The notes beneath the pieces were generated by a model. That model ran no database searches, was not told where the DNA came from, and saw only the letters and a list, made by a program, of their open reading frames with translations. Shown here piece by piece: positions 1-13,057 of a stretch of 64,000 bases of DNA. Each line of letters starts with the position of its first letter. Within the stretch, counting starts at the first letter, position 1. The position numbers and the translations under genes were made by a program. Source of the stretch: Raja brachyura (taxonomy: Eukaryota). The stretch covers positions 18,910,001-18,974,000 of the forward strand of contig OY740786.1 in the NCBI GenBank assembly GCA_963514005.1, written 5' to 3'.

Positions 1-695
1 GCCTTTCGAGTGTCTTCATGACTACAGAGGTCAGTGCAACAGGCCTGTAGTCATTAAGACAAGTAATCCTTGCCTTTTTGGGTACAGGAACAATAGTGGA
101 GACTTTGAAGCAGGCAGGGACAGTACATGTTTGCAGGGACTAGTTAAAATTGTCTGTATAGACCAGTGCCAGCTGTTTGGCACAGAGCTTAAGAGTAGAG
201 GGGGAAACATTGTCAGGTGCTGGAGATTTACGGCTCTTTTGTCCTCTGAAATGCCTCTCCACTTCCTCTATTTTTTTTGTTGAAATTGGATAAGTTATGT
301 TGTGCAGCACAGAGAGTGTGGGTGATTGGGTGTGAAGTGGTGATTGGAGGGGGGGTGGGTGTATCAGGGTTACTGAGGTCAGACTGAGGTCAGGCTGTGA
401 GTGGGTGTGAAGTGTTGGTTGGGGTGGGAAATGGTCCAGTCTTTTCATACTGGAGTCTTGTCTTAAGTATGTGTGAAGTGGCGAATGGGAAGGAGTGGGT
501 GCAGGGTCCATTCTTTGTAGACTGGGGTCTGACTGTGTTGGTTGGGGAGGGGGGGAGGGGGTACCAGGGTTACGTTTCTGATTTTCAAACCTGCAGTAAA
601 ACTCGTTCAGGTCATTGGTCAGCTGATGATTGTCCAAAGAGCGGGGGGCTTTCCTCTTGTAGCTGGTAATTTCTTGCAAGCCCTTCCAAACTGAA
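1..695 (-). mobile_element. Rex1/Babar-type LINE fragment (RT N-terminal region)
   Basis: VWKGLQEITSYK, LNEFYCRFE, RKSPAPDNVSPSTLK and downstream [14 protein letters not shown]; in-frame stop. Confidence 0.8.
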
Positions 696-1072
696 GAAAC
701 ATAGAAACATAGAAAATAGGTGCAGGAGTAGGCCATTCGGCCCTTCGTGCCTGCACCGTCATTCAATATGGTCATGGCTGATCATCCAACTCAGTATCCT
801 GTACCTGCCTTCTCTCCATACCCCCTGATCCATTTAGCCACAAGGGTCACATCTAACTCCCTCTTAAATATAGCCAATGAACCAGCCTCAACTACCTTCT
901 GTGGCAGAGAATTCCAGAGATTCACCACTCTCTGTGTCAAAAATCATCGCGGTCCTAAAAGATTTCCCCCTTATCCTTAAACTGTGACCCCTTGTCCTGG
1001 ACTTCTCCAACATCGGGAACAATCTTCCTGCATCTAGCCTGTCCAACCCCTTAAGAATTTTGTACATTTCTA
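696..1072 (-). mobile_element. CR1 LINE 3' end
   Basis: (CATAGAAA)n tail; antisense GYGEKAGTGY / RVVNLWNSLP ORF2 end. Confidence 0.88.
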
Positions 1073-1434
1073 AGTGTAAAAGAAGAGCCTTTTTGCGGCA
1101 GTGGCAAGTTCATATATGGTGAGTTACAATACATTTATCTTCAATTACATTTGTAATGAACTGGTTGATCCCATGTTGGCAAGTGGGAAAATGTGGTTGG
1201 ATTGCTGGGTTGAGTGTTTTTTAACCATCGGTTCTGAAGAGAAATAATGTTGTAAATATTATTCTGATCTTTCAGGGAGAGGGGTTTGGGGTCCAGCTTG
1301 GTAATAGGGATGAAGATGCTTCAGAATTGGGGGATAATCTTCCGTCCTCTGGAAACAAATGCTGGAGGTCAGAAGTCTAAAGTCAAGTTTATTCCTTCTC
1401 AAAGACGCAGGACTGGTCAGAAGAGCTACTGTAA

Positions 1435-1713
1435 TGGCCCTGTCCCACTTAGGAAACCTGAACGGAAACCTCTGGAGCCTTTCCGCCCCACCCAAGGTTT
1501 CCGTGCAGTTCCCGGAGGTTTTTGTCAGTCCCCCTAATGGCCGAAAGTGGTTTCCTTTTTAAAAATTGGTAATTTTTTAGTCGAAGCCGGTTGCTATGCT
1601 AGTTGAAGGTGGTTGCCGGATGACAAAAACCTCCGGGAAGCACACGGAAACCTTGGGTGGGGCGCAAAATCTCCAGAGGTTTCCGTTCAGGTTTCCTAAA
1701 TGGGACAGGGGCA
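1435..1713. mobile_element. Harbinger/PIF-type MITE
   Basis: Long TIRs (GCCCTGTCCCACTTAGGAAACCTGAACGGAAACC...) flanked by TAA/TTA. Confidence 0.85.
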
Positions 1714-1984
1714 TTAGATTAAAACTTTGTAAAGCTGGCTATTTGAATCACAAGATAGTGCGGAGATGTTTTTGGGAGAACCCTGATACAATGATCTCTT
1801 GTGCAGGAAGAGATACCATTGCTTTGCATGTTAATGCTTGTGGTATGATCCAAATTAAAATCAGGCTCTTGGTCATTTTTAATTTGGCGAATCAAAAATC
1901 TGATTGTTGTCACCTTATTTGCAATAAAGAGCGAGCAATACTTCTGGCCCTATCACCTTCAGTATTTTCCACGAGGATATTAGT

Positions 1985-2275
1985 TTAGACTTTAGACTTT
2001 ATAGATACAACGCGTAAAAAAGGCCTTTGGCCTACCGAGTCTATGCAAACCAGCGATCACCCTGTACACGTACACTACACACACTAGGGACACTTTTACA
2101 ATTTTACCAAAGCCAATTAACCTGCAAACCTGGACGTCTTTGGAGTGTGGGAGGAAAGCCAGACCCCCCGCAGAAAACCCATGCATTCATAGGGAGAAGG
2201 TACACAAACTCCCGTAATCAGGATCGAACCGGGTGCCTGAGACTGTAAGGCAGCAACTCTACCGCTGCACCACCA
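1985..2275 (-). mobile_element. tRNA-derived SINE
   Basis: Reverse complement of the family with TTTAG tail. Confidence 0.8.
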
Positions 2276-5139
2276 TGTCACATGAGAGTCAAGTGTGTTT
2301 TATTGTTATATGTCCCAGATAGAACAATGAAATATATCTCAAATTTCGGAGGATTTAACAGCACCCTTCAGGTTTTTGGTAAATTGTCTCTTCCCATGCA
2401 ATGTATTATGTTGGGCTAAAATTTGTTCCATTGTTATGTTAAACCAAAAGTGTACACAGGGGCCAAGGCCCATCTCACATGTAGGGTCTTCTCTCCAATA
2501 TTTTACAATGTATAACAGGCTGTGAGTTCAAAGATATCTAGTCTGCTGCCTCCATTATCGGGAAGCTGCTGGAGGAATTCAGATTGATGTTAGATCGTGA
2601 TTGGTGTGGAGACACTAGAACATGGAATTAGTGAGGATGGTATTTTAAATCTTCAGGTGGGATGAAGTGACGTACAGTTAGGTGTTGTGAGGACACAGTT
2701 GGGAGGTAGGGTAGGCAGGAATGAGATCAAGTGTGAGAAAGGGTAAGAGTCCAAGGTCTTATGTTAAAATCTTTGGAGATTTACATACAAGGAATCCTTG
2801 TATCAATAACCCATGAGCAGACACTAGGTAAGCTCTCTAATTGATTCCTTATGTACAGTGTTGAAAGTCTGTCTCTACGTATGTAGCTACAGTATATACA
2901 GGCTATGTCTGGGTAATAGAATGTGTAGCACGTGGCATTCAAATAAGTACCAATATGCCTACTGTCACATGTACACTCAGCATTCATATGACGGAGCTGG
3001 AAGCAATTTGGCTCCCTTTATGAATCACTCATAATGTCCCTGACTGCTTTTAAGTACAATTCTGTCACACTGTGTACAAAGGGTTGCATAGGTTGTTATT
3101 AATTTTTTGACTATTATACTTAAATGTCATGCAATAAAACAGTGCAAATTTACGCTGGTTTATAAAAAAGATATGATGTATGTTTAAACACTCTGCGTTA
3201 AGCCTGACTGAGCCATCATGGAATATCTTACACCTTCAGCTTCAAGAAAGGACAATTGGAATCACTGACCACACACATCCTTGGTCCTGAGGCAAAATAT
3301 CCCTTAAATTCCTTAAACCTAAATTCTAAAGTGAGGAAGAAAGGAAGCCATGTCTTACAAACCAACTTCCTGATAAAGCTCATAGCGGAAAAGTGGTCAG
3401 TAAGATTACTAAGAGAACATTGAGGAGACTGGTACACGGATAGGACAGGTACATGGATGGGACAGGTTTGGAGGGGTATGGACCAAATGCAGGCAGTTGG
3501 GACATGATGGCTGGTGCGGGCCAAAGGGTCTGTTTCCAAACAGCATCATTCTATGACTCTATGACTAACTTGGAGGAAACAAAGATAAAGAAATACAAAG
3601 GCAATCAGACGGTCTAGTCTCCAGAAAAGGAGAATCCCCTTGCCCAGTACTGGTCAGGATTGAATGGCAAAACAGTCAAAGTCACTTTGTTAGTTTATTT
3701 TATTTTATTTTATTTTATTTTAGTTGTAGTTAAGTTTACATTATTGTCACGTGTACCGAGGGACAGTGAAAAGCTTTTGTTGCGTGCTAACCAGTCCGCG
3801 GAAAGGCAATACATGATTACAATCGAGCCATCCACAGTGTACAGATACATGATAAAGGGAACAACATATAGTGCAAGATAAAGTCCAGTAAAGTCTGATG
3901 AAAGATGGTCCAAGGGTCTCCAATGAGGTAGGTGATAGCTCAGGACTGCTCCCCAGTTGATGGTAGGATGGTTCAGTTGCCTGATAACAGCCGGAAAGAA
4001 ACTGTCCCTGAATTTGGAGGAATATGTTTTCACACTTCTATACCTCTTGGCCAATGGGAGAGGTTGAGGGAGGGAGTTGGGGTGAGACTCGTCCTTGATT
4101 TGCCAATAGTGTGCTGTATTTTTATTATTTTACTTGCCTATGAGCTTGGGTTGAATTGGGTGGTGGTGCAGAGTTTGTAATTAGTTGAGTAACTAAACAA
4201 TTAGGGCGAGTGTAGGTCATTTGGTCTTTTAGATCTGCTCGGTCACTCATTAGGACTGACCTTCCACTTCAGCTCCCAGTCTGGCTCTGTCCAATTCCTC
4301 TATTCCTTACTCTCCAGGAATCTATTGATCTCTATTTAGAATGAACAAAATGACCAAACCTCCAGTGCCCTGAGGTGTGGAAATTCAAACCTTTTTGCAA
4401 AGCAATTTCTCCTTCCCTTAGTCCAAAAGGCATATTCCTTCTTCTAAGACTGTGAATTCCCTGGTTCTTGACTCCTCAACTCGGGGAAAGGTCTTCCCTG
4501 CATACAAGTTGATAGAAGTATTTAACATTTTGAGAGACAATTGTTAGGCTAGAGAGTCAGAACCGTTTTACCAGGGTGGAAATGTCAAAGACTAAAGGGA
4601 ACAGCATTAAAGTGAGAAGGGCAAAGTTTAAAGGAGTTATGCGGAATATGGATTTTATTCTTCACACAGAGAGTGATGGGTGCCTGGAATACGCTCCCAG
4701 GGATAGCGGTGGAGCAGATATAACAGTGGTATTTGAGATCCTTTTAGATAAACACATGGATATGCAGGGAATGGAGGGATATGGATCATGTACAGGCAGA
4801 GGAAATTAGTTTAACTTGGCAGCATGTTCGATACAGACATTGTGAGCCAAAGGGCCTATTCCTGCGCTGTTTTGTTCTATGTTATCCCCATTGTTCATCC
4901 TAAAGTGCATTTTGGAATTTTGTAAAAGACAAACGTAGGTGCAACAGACACAAATCCAGTTCAGACTCTCAGGCAGAGGAATAGTGTCCTCCTTATTTCT
5001 CTGTAGTTTGATACCTTGTACTTCTGCCCCTGTCCCACTTAGGAAACCTGAACAGAAACCTCTGGTGACCTTGCCCGTGACCCAAGATTTCTATTGTATT
5101 CATGTATGGAAATCAGATTATAATCAAACACTTGGCCCA

Positions 5140-5400
5140 TGTTGACCAACCTGAGTCTCACTGCACACCTGGTACTACTCCTGACCTTGACTCCAGTTGC
5201 ATACCTTCTCTCATTCCTGACCCTGAGCCCAGTCTTACACCTGGCCCCCTATTCTACCCTGATCATAGCTGCTTACCTGCTTAGGTTCCCAGTGCTGAAC
5301 ACTCTCATCATCCCAGCTTTGACTGCACACCTAGTACTATTCCTGACCTTGACTCTGGATGCACACTTGGCCTTGCTCCTAGCCCCTCTGTACTGACAAT
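5140..5400. repeat. Degenerate tandem repeat (CTGCACACCTGGTACTACTCCTGACCTTGACTC-like unit)
   Basis: Recurring CACACCT/CCTGACC motifs; clear copies at 5160 and 5322. Confidence 0.6.
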
Positions 5401-6981
5401 ATATCTGGCCCACACATAAAGCCCCATATCTGACCCCCTGGACTTAATCTATTACGTTCAAGTCCACAGGTGCTTATCTAATGCGGTAATCTTTTATGGG
5501 GCACTTCACAGACCAAATTTCGTATAACAAAATTTGCTACATCCATTGGCTTCCTTGTTATCTAACATGCTAGTTACTTTGTCAAAAAAGTAATCAATTG
5601 GTTGAACACAATTTCTCATCCATAAAATGATACTCACTCAGCTGTGTAAGTATTCTGTTACAATTTCCTAACAAATTGTCCTCAAGTCATTTTCACCCGC
5701 AATATTTTCAGTATTTTGCTGTCTTCCTCTCAGCTGAGACTTTTCCAAAATGCAAAGTCCATAACTATATATTTAAGCAATAATATTCTATTTAATGTGA
5801 TCTTGAGATTACATAATATTTTCTGTGGTATTCATAACACAACAATGATAAAAAGATCATAGTTTTGATTGCACCTACCAACATGCATACATTATTATAT
5901 TACAGTTAATATGTACCGAGGGCAAATTTTTGTTCCAATGCTCCCCATTCTCAATTACTTTTACATTGAAGTGATTGAAATCCAAGTGAACTTTAAATGG
6001 CATCACGAAAATAAAACCTCCGGAATGGATGATATTCATTACATAGTTGGTTGGAGTCAGTATCAGCACAATTACTATATTATACTTTGAATCTTCAGAT
6101 GTCCTGGTTCAAGCTAAAACTAAAGACAAATAATAACCTCCTCACATATTCCCCTGCAAGTATCTCTATCACTCCTTTAAAATATGCCTCTTCTTTGAAC
6201 AAGCTCTTAAACATCACATCTAAATCAGTTTCCATCTGATTACACTCCTTGAGGATGTTCAGCTACGTGTTCAATTAATAAAACAATGAGATTGGAGACA
6301 TTTCTATTCAACCTGTCAAAGGAATTTGGGGTGTGGGGGTGGGTTTAGAAATAGTCAGTGAGGTAAACATAATAGTTGAGTGGCAAATGACAATAGTGTC
6401 ACCTTCCAGTACAGACATTTCCAGGCCGCTGAGGAGTGTTGGAGTTCCAGCTTTCCAGCAAGAGGGCCTGAAAAACATCGGACTGGCTGCGGAAGCCACA
6501 ATAGGCCCGACTATGGGTGAACAGGGGATGGGACTGGACTTTGCTGCCTTCCCCCACAGTGGGAACCATTGTGGGGGGATGTTTTTATGTTTATTGTTAA
6601 ATTCTTTAATGCTATGTCTTATCTTTATTCGTGTGCTTCATTGGCAAGTCAAATTTCACTACACCATTTGCTGTATGTGATAATAAATGTTCTTTGTCCT
6701 CCTACCTTCCCAATATTTAACTGAAGGGAATAATGGGTTATCGGGACTGTATGTTGTGACAGACAGCCTGACACCTTGCATATCATTTTAATATTACACT
6801 TATTCCATCCCCCTAGATATTCTGGATTAATAAATTAAGGTTTTGTCAACTAATTACAAATCAATAACATTAGCCAACTCCGAAACATGAAGCACTGAGC
6901 ATTGGGATCCAGACATCACGGCCAACTGGCCTCAGTTCCCCGCTTACATCAGTGTTCTCCATCTGAACCAGGGGCCGCGGA

Positions 6982-7788
6982 GTGACCATTTATTATCTAA
7001 ATGGAGGCCGATTAGGCTATTATCTAAATGGAGGCCGATTAGGAAAAGGGGAGATGCAGTGCGACCTGGGTGTCATGGTACACCAGTCATTGAAAGTTGG
7101 CATGCAGGTGCAGCAGGCAGTGAAGAAAGCGAATGGTATGTTAGCTTTCATAGCAAAAGGATTTGAGTATAGGAGCAGGGAGGTTCTACTTCAGTTGCAT
7201 AGGGTCTTGGTGAGACCACACCTGGAGTATTGTATACAGTTCTGGTCTCCAAATCTGAGGAAGGATATTATTGCCATAGAGGGAGTGCAGAGAAGGTTCA
7301 CCAGACTGATTCCTGGGATGTCAGGACTGTCTTATGAACAAAGACTGCATAGACTCGGTTTATACTCTCTAGAATTTAGGAGATTGAGAGGCGATCTTAT
7401 AGAAACTTACAAAATTCTTAAGGGGTTGGACAGGCTAGATGCAGGAAGATTGTTCCCGATGTTGGGGAGGTCCAGGACAAGGGGTCACAGCTTAAGGATA
7501 AGGGGGAAATCCTTCAGGACTGAGATAAGAAGGACTTTTTTCACACAGAGAGTGGTGAGTCTCTGGAACTCTCTGCCACAGAGGGTAGTTGAGGCCAGTT
7601 CATTGGCTATATTTAAGAGGGAGTTAGATGTGGCCCTTGTGGCTAAGGGGATCAGAGGGTATGGAGAGAAGGCAGGTACGGGATACTGAGTTGGATGATC
7701 AGCCATGATCATAATGAATGGCGGTGCAGGCTCAAAGGGCCGAATGGCCTACTCCTGCACATAATTTCTATGTTTCTATGTTTCTATG
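6982..7788 (+). mobile_element. 5'-truncated young CR1 LINE (ORF2 C-terminus open for 235 aa)
   Basis: [36 protein letters not shown]; (TTTCTATG)n tail; 27-bp tandem duplication at the 5' end. Confidence 0.92.
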
Positions 7789-9229
7789 AGTGTTTTTGAG
7801 TGGGAGGGCTGAGCGATCACTGATCACTGGCCTTGGGGGTACCCGGCGAGGGAGTGGAGTGACCGAGTGTGGGGAGGGTGCCGGAGGGGGGTGTCCCCCC
7901 TCTCAGGGTAGGGCCTTTTTGAAATTTGATATATTAAAATCATGTTTTAGTGCATTGTGGAAGTATGATTTTATTGTTTTTTGTTTGAAGTATTTTTAAG
8001 AGGTAACTTTTTGCACACAAAGGGTGGTGGGTGTATGGAACAAGCTGCCAGAGGAGGTAGTTGAGGCAGGGACTATCCCAACATTTAATAAACATTTAGA
8101 CTGATACATGGATATGACAGGTTTGGAGGGATATGGACCAAAAGCAGGTAGTGTGGCTGGGACATGTTGGCGGGTGTAGGCAAGTTGGGCCGAAGGGCCT
8201 TTTTTCACACTGTATCACTCTATGACTGCGTTATACCTCCACCATGATCAAGTGGTTGCGTTATACCTCCACCATGATCACTCTCCAGCCCCGGCTCCCC
8301 GTCCGCATCTGCCCCCACCGCTGCTTCTGCTTCCATTCCTCCCTCCGCCCTGGCTCTCCAACAACCGCTGGCCCATGCAGTTGATATGAGTTTTGAAATT
8401 CTCGTTGATCACAGAATTTCTCACAACAGAGCATGAGAAATTTGTGATCAGCGTGAGAGCGTGAGAATTTGGCGAACTGCGTGAGTCTCACGCTCAATGC
8501 GTGAGACATGGCAGCTCCGACATGGACTCAGTGGGCTGAAGGGTTATCACGTGGCCTCCCTCTGTGACACTATGGCTTGACATGTTATGCCAAGTGGATT
8601 TATCACAGTTAGGAACCAAGGTTTTCTGTCTTGAAACCTTCTTTCATCACCTCACCCATATTCATCAACGGAAGCTAGCCATGGAGAATCTCAGGCAGAC
8701 CAGCAGAAGACGCAGCCCAGAATGTTTCACGCAGTTTCTCTATTACGCAAAAGAATGCTACATTATCAAGTTCCAGTGAGGAGTTAGTCAAAGTTGGCTC
8801 ATTTAAAGACATAATACACCAGAGTAAATCTTATAAAATATTTTTTCCAAACACATGAAATATTTCATTCAAAATACTACAACTGAAAAAACACAATATC
8901 ACTTGCAGCCCCTGGGGGATAATAAATAGCGTAGAAAATGTCAGTGAAGTTGGGATAAAATATCTACCGCTGTGTAAATGTTTCCATCACAATAATTCCA
9001 GAAGTGAGAGTTGAGTGAAAGTAAACTCTAATCATGAGCCATTTTACCCTACCTTAAAATCAATGGGTTCCGACACAGGTGAAGCATCAGGGTCTTCATA
9101 TTTCCTGACTTTAGTCACCTTATAACCTCTCACAGCAAAACTATTGCTAAGGAGACTCCAAAGATGAACAGTTTAAAGACTCTACTTAGACAGTCCCTCA
9201 GATGTTCTTAAGTTACAGGAGCAGAATTA

Positions 9230-9549
9230 AACCCCTGTCCCACGGTACGAGTTCATTCCAAGAGCTCTCCCGAGTTTGCCCTGATTCGAACTCGGAGATT
9301 TACGGTAATGGCCACACGTCGGTACTCGGGGCTCTCCTGGACATTCTTCAACATGTTGAAAAATCTTCACGAGCTTTCCTGTGCTTACCTGCCGTTAGCG
9401 AGTCTTCCCGAGTACCTGCCGTTAGCACTAAGAGAAGTCCCCGAGCTCCGACGTACCCGCTACGTTCATTCTCCATGCCTACCACGACTTCGATTTTTTT
9501 TAAACTAGGGAGAGCTCTTGGAATGAAGTCGTACCGTGGGACAGGGCTA
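9230..9549. mobile_element. Harbinger/PIF-type MITE inserted in a CR1 3' end
   Basis: TIR CCCTGTCCCACGGTACGAGTTCATTCCAAGAGCTCTCCC; TTA TSD; removing it restores the CR1 motif GCAGAATTAGGCCATT. Confidence 0.88.
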
Positions 9550-10034
9550 TTAGGCCATTTGGCCCATCAAGTCAGCTCCGCCATTCAAACATGGCTGATC
9601 TACCTTTCCCTCTCAAACCCATTCTCGTGCCTTCTCCCCTTAACCTATGACACCCGTACTAATCAAGAATCTATCAATTTCTGTGTGACATAGATGACAT
9701 TGTAGTTAAGTAACATCCAGAAACAAGCTGAGTTCTGTCTTGCAGTTTGCAATAGCACAGCTGGAGGGGCTCAGCCTTCTTTAACCTTCACTTATTAAAC
9801 ATTTGTCATAAAGGATAATGTCCAAAATCTACCAATTTAACCAGGTTGATCAAGATGGTCCTATTTTCCATTTTAAATCCTTGAAGCAATTGGACTCAAA
9901 GACATCACACAGTACAATCTACATTGGGTTTGGAATTAGCTCAGGAGCTTTTAGCCATCAGACCTTTTATTAATAAGTTGGCTGCCTCTTGTACGCCAAC
10001 ACATTGGTTTTGAATCATTTTCACATCTCCTTAC

Positions 10035-10127
10035 CTTTATCAGAAGTTCATAGCGGGGAATTCTCTGCACTGGCTTGATCATCAAATCAGACAGCGCCTG
10101 CTTTTCCTTGTTTTCCCTCATGCTTAG
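10035..10127 (-). CDS. ARHGEF17: ARHGEF17 DH-domain exon, LSMRENKEKQALSDLMIKPVQRIPRYELLIK
   Basis: 93 nt, ttgcAG acceptor and GTaagg donor; contains the DH CR3 motif LMIKPVQRIPRYELL. Confidence 0.94.
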
Positions 10128-10424
10128 CTGCAATGTTAGAAAGAACATTAAAACATAGAACTGTCCAGCACAGAAACAGGCCCTTCGGCCCACAATGTAT
10201 GTGCCAATCGTGATGCCAAATTAAACTAATCTCATCTGCCTTCACATGATCCATATCCCTCCATTCCCTGCACTTCCCTGTGCCTATCCAAAAGCCTCTT
10301 AAATGCCACTATCATATCTGCCTCCACCACCACCCCTGGCAGTGCTTTCCAAGCCCCTACTACTCTCTATGTGTGAAATTGCTGGTAAATTCCAAGCCCC
10401 TACTACTCTCTATGTGGAAATTGA

Positions 10425-10735
10425 CGGTAGAGTTGCTGCCTTACAGCAAATGCAGCGCCGGAGACCCGGGTTCGATCCCGACTGCGGGTGCTGTCTTTAT
10501 GGAGTTTGTACATTCTCCCCGTGACCTGCTGCATGGGTTTGCTCCGAGATCTTCGGTTTCCTCCCACGCGCCAAAGACGTACAGGTTTGTAGGTTAATTA
10601 GCTTGGTATAAATGTAAAATTGTCCCAAGTGGGTGTAGGGTAGTGTTAATGTGCGGGGGCTGCTGGTCAGCGCGGACCCGGTGGGCCGAAGGGCCTGTAT
10701 CGGTGCTGTATCTCTAAACTCAACTAAAACTAAAT
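10425..10735 (+). mobile_element. tRNA-derived SINE (HE1/V-SINE-like)
   Basis: B-box GGTTCGATCCC, conserved central domain, (TAAAC)n tail. Confidence 0.82.
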
Positions 10736-11238
10736 TCCTTTAAACGAAGAGAGAGAAGGTGACAGTTCCAACATCAGAACTTGACTTATAACAGCCATAC
10801 TTTCTACCCGTAAGAATAAGATGGGATATTTTAATAACTTCATAAGTGTTGAGCCAATCCAATTCCATCCCAGCAGTCGAACCAATCCGCTGACTGGTTA
10901 GTGTTCCAGGCCGATATCAATACCAGGCCTTTTGATGAAGTCAGACCAATCACATTCAGGCTCTGACACTGAGCCTAACCAATCCCCTTTCATCTCCAAC
11001 CCATGCTAACCAATCCGTTTCCAACCCCATTCCTAATCTTGACCAACCCCCTTCCAGACCTGAAGAAGGGTCTTGACCCGGAACATCACCTATTTCCTTT
11101 TCTCCAGAGATACTGTTGTCTGACCGGCTGAGTTACTCCAGCTTTTTGTGTATCCCCTGTCGCGGAAACATTCCAACAGTTTCCAAGGTGTCACTTAATA
11201 GCACCAGTAACCGACAGCCTTCGTGCTCAATCACCTAC

Positions 11239-11355
11239 CTCCAGAAACTTAATGAATGCAGGCTTTGCATCCTTGGCCAATCTCACAGCTTCCTTGGCAT
11301 TGAGGAAGTTATCGATGTATGCGGAGTACGAATTGGCCAGTACGTCCTTAGAGAA
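11239..11355 (-). CDS. ARHGEF17: ARHGEF17 DH-domain exon, FSKDVLANSYSAYIDNFLNAKEAVRLAKDAKPAFIKFLE
   Basis: 117 nt, ttgcAG acceptor and GTaggt donor; close to recalled ARHGEF17 FSKDVLVNIYSAYIDNFLNAKDAVRVAKEARPAFLKFLE. Confidence 0.94.
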
Positions 11356-11479
11356 CTGCAACAAAAACAGAGGTATTAATGTAGAGTGCATTGAAAAATT
11401 ACAGTAAGTACTGAAAGTATCAGGGGTGGTCTGTGGGTAGATAATTAGAACCACTTCAATGCTCCAGAACCCTTTGTTT

Positions 11480-11775
11480 AGAGTCTTTAGACTTTAGGTT
11501 TTCAAGATACAGTGCGGAAACAGGCCCTCCGGCCCACCGAGTCCATGCTGACCAGCGATCTCCCCGTACATTAGCACTATCTTACACACTAGGGACAATT
11601 TACAATATACAGAAGCGAATCAGCTTATAGACCCGCACATCTTTGGAGTGGTGGGAGGAAATAAGAGCACCCAGAGAAAACCAACGCGGTCACAGGGAGA
11701 ACATACAAACTCTGTACAACAGCACCCGCAGTCAGGATCGAACATGGATCTCTGCCGCTGCGCCACCGTGCCACC
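11480..11775 (-). mobile_element. tRNA-derived SINE (HE1/V-SINE-like)
   Basis: Reverse complement of the same family. Confidence 0.8.
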
Positions 11776-12858
11776 CCTTTATTTATGCATTAACTTTCAC
11801 TATTCTATCAGGCACTTCATTCTGAATCAATAATGATCCTGCTTAAAAAAAGAATCCTCCATATCTCGTCTTTGTTGTATTCAAAATTTGTGATCGCAGG
11901 TTACTGGCCCACCTATCTGTGGTAACGTTTTGTTTCCTAATGCATTCTTCAAACCCCTGATAACTTTCAACACCTCAGTTACAACTCTCCCTAATCTACT
12001 CTGCCTTAAAGAGAAGATGTGCAGTTTTTCTGGTCTGTTGAACCTCATTTGTATTTAATTAAGAACATGACAGTCTGCATGTGGAGTGCATCCATGATGT
12101 CCCAGAGAAGCCTGTGTGGAGGTGGCCCATGAGTTAGCAGGGTCCCTACCTCCTTCTGACAGGCTACAAATTGTAGAAATGGCAGCCACGTGCTCTTTGT
12201 GAAGGGAACAGAAATCCTGCAGTCAATGGGAAATGAACGCGTGGATGTTGGTTTGTTACCATCCATTTTACACCATCCATTCCACCGAAAATTCTACCTC
12301 AGCACAGTGGAGTTTGTGTGCGAATGAGAACAATCGCCACAGGGGGGCGCACGGATGGAGCTGCACAGTGTGTGTGAGGGAGAGGGACCCGACCTTTCAC
12401 CCACCAGAGCCCTCAGCTGACCTGCTGCATCCACTGTGTATGTTCGGCAATGATTCTGGATTTATGGTCAGGCCTTGGCTGCAAATGCACTCACAACTGA
12501 AACAGCATTCTGCACCCTTTTCATTTTCACAAACAAATAACACCATATACTATCTGGCAGGAATGATTAAATCTAATTTTTAAAGCCAGCAGTATATAAG
12601 TAAATGCTGATAAGCAAAGTGATCCACCTGAAGAATTCTGTGCAAGGTAAACGCAGGATATTGATGAGGCTGTGGATTGTAAACTGCTTCCACGTAAGTT
12701 TGTGACACCAATTATTATTATTGTAATACCACACACAGCCACTGTTCCATTGCCTCCTTCGTACACACGGAAGTGGATAAATTTATATCCCATTAAACCT
12801 ATACAGATTTGCCTCACTTTGATTTCAACTCCAGCGAATTCGTAACTAAGTCTATCTA

Positions 12859-13057
12859 CAGTATGTCTAAGAAGGAACTGCAGATGCTGGTTTACACTGC
12901 AGATAGAGACAAAATGCTGGAGTAACTCAGTGGGTCAAGCAGCATCTCTGGAGAGTAGGTGATGTTTCAGGTTGGGAGCCTTCATCAGACTGAGAGTCAG
13001 GGAGAGGGAAAAGGGAGGGGGAAAGCTCTAGTTTCCCTCTCCCTGGCTCTCAGTCTG
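12859..13057 (-). mobile_element. Penelope-derived short element with partial fold-back
   Basis: Same terminal sequence; flanked by ACTAAGT(C/T)TATCTA at 12845-12858 and 13058-13071. Confidence 0.7.

Noticed and set aside
5140-5400. Repeat-spacer-like pattern (CRISPR-like)
   Set aside because: Vertebrate intron, degenerate units, no constant repeat with unique spacers and no cas genes; a decayed minisatellite.
1-10034. Next ARHGEF17 exon (DLLKHTP...)
   Set aside because: Not found by eye or in the ORF track; probably beyond the window start, though a short exon could have been missed.
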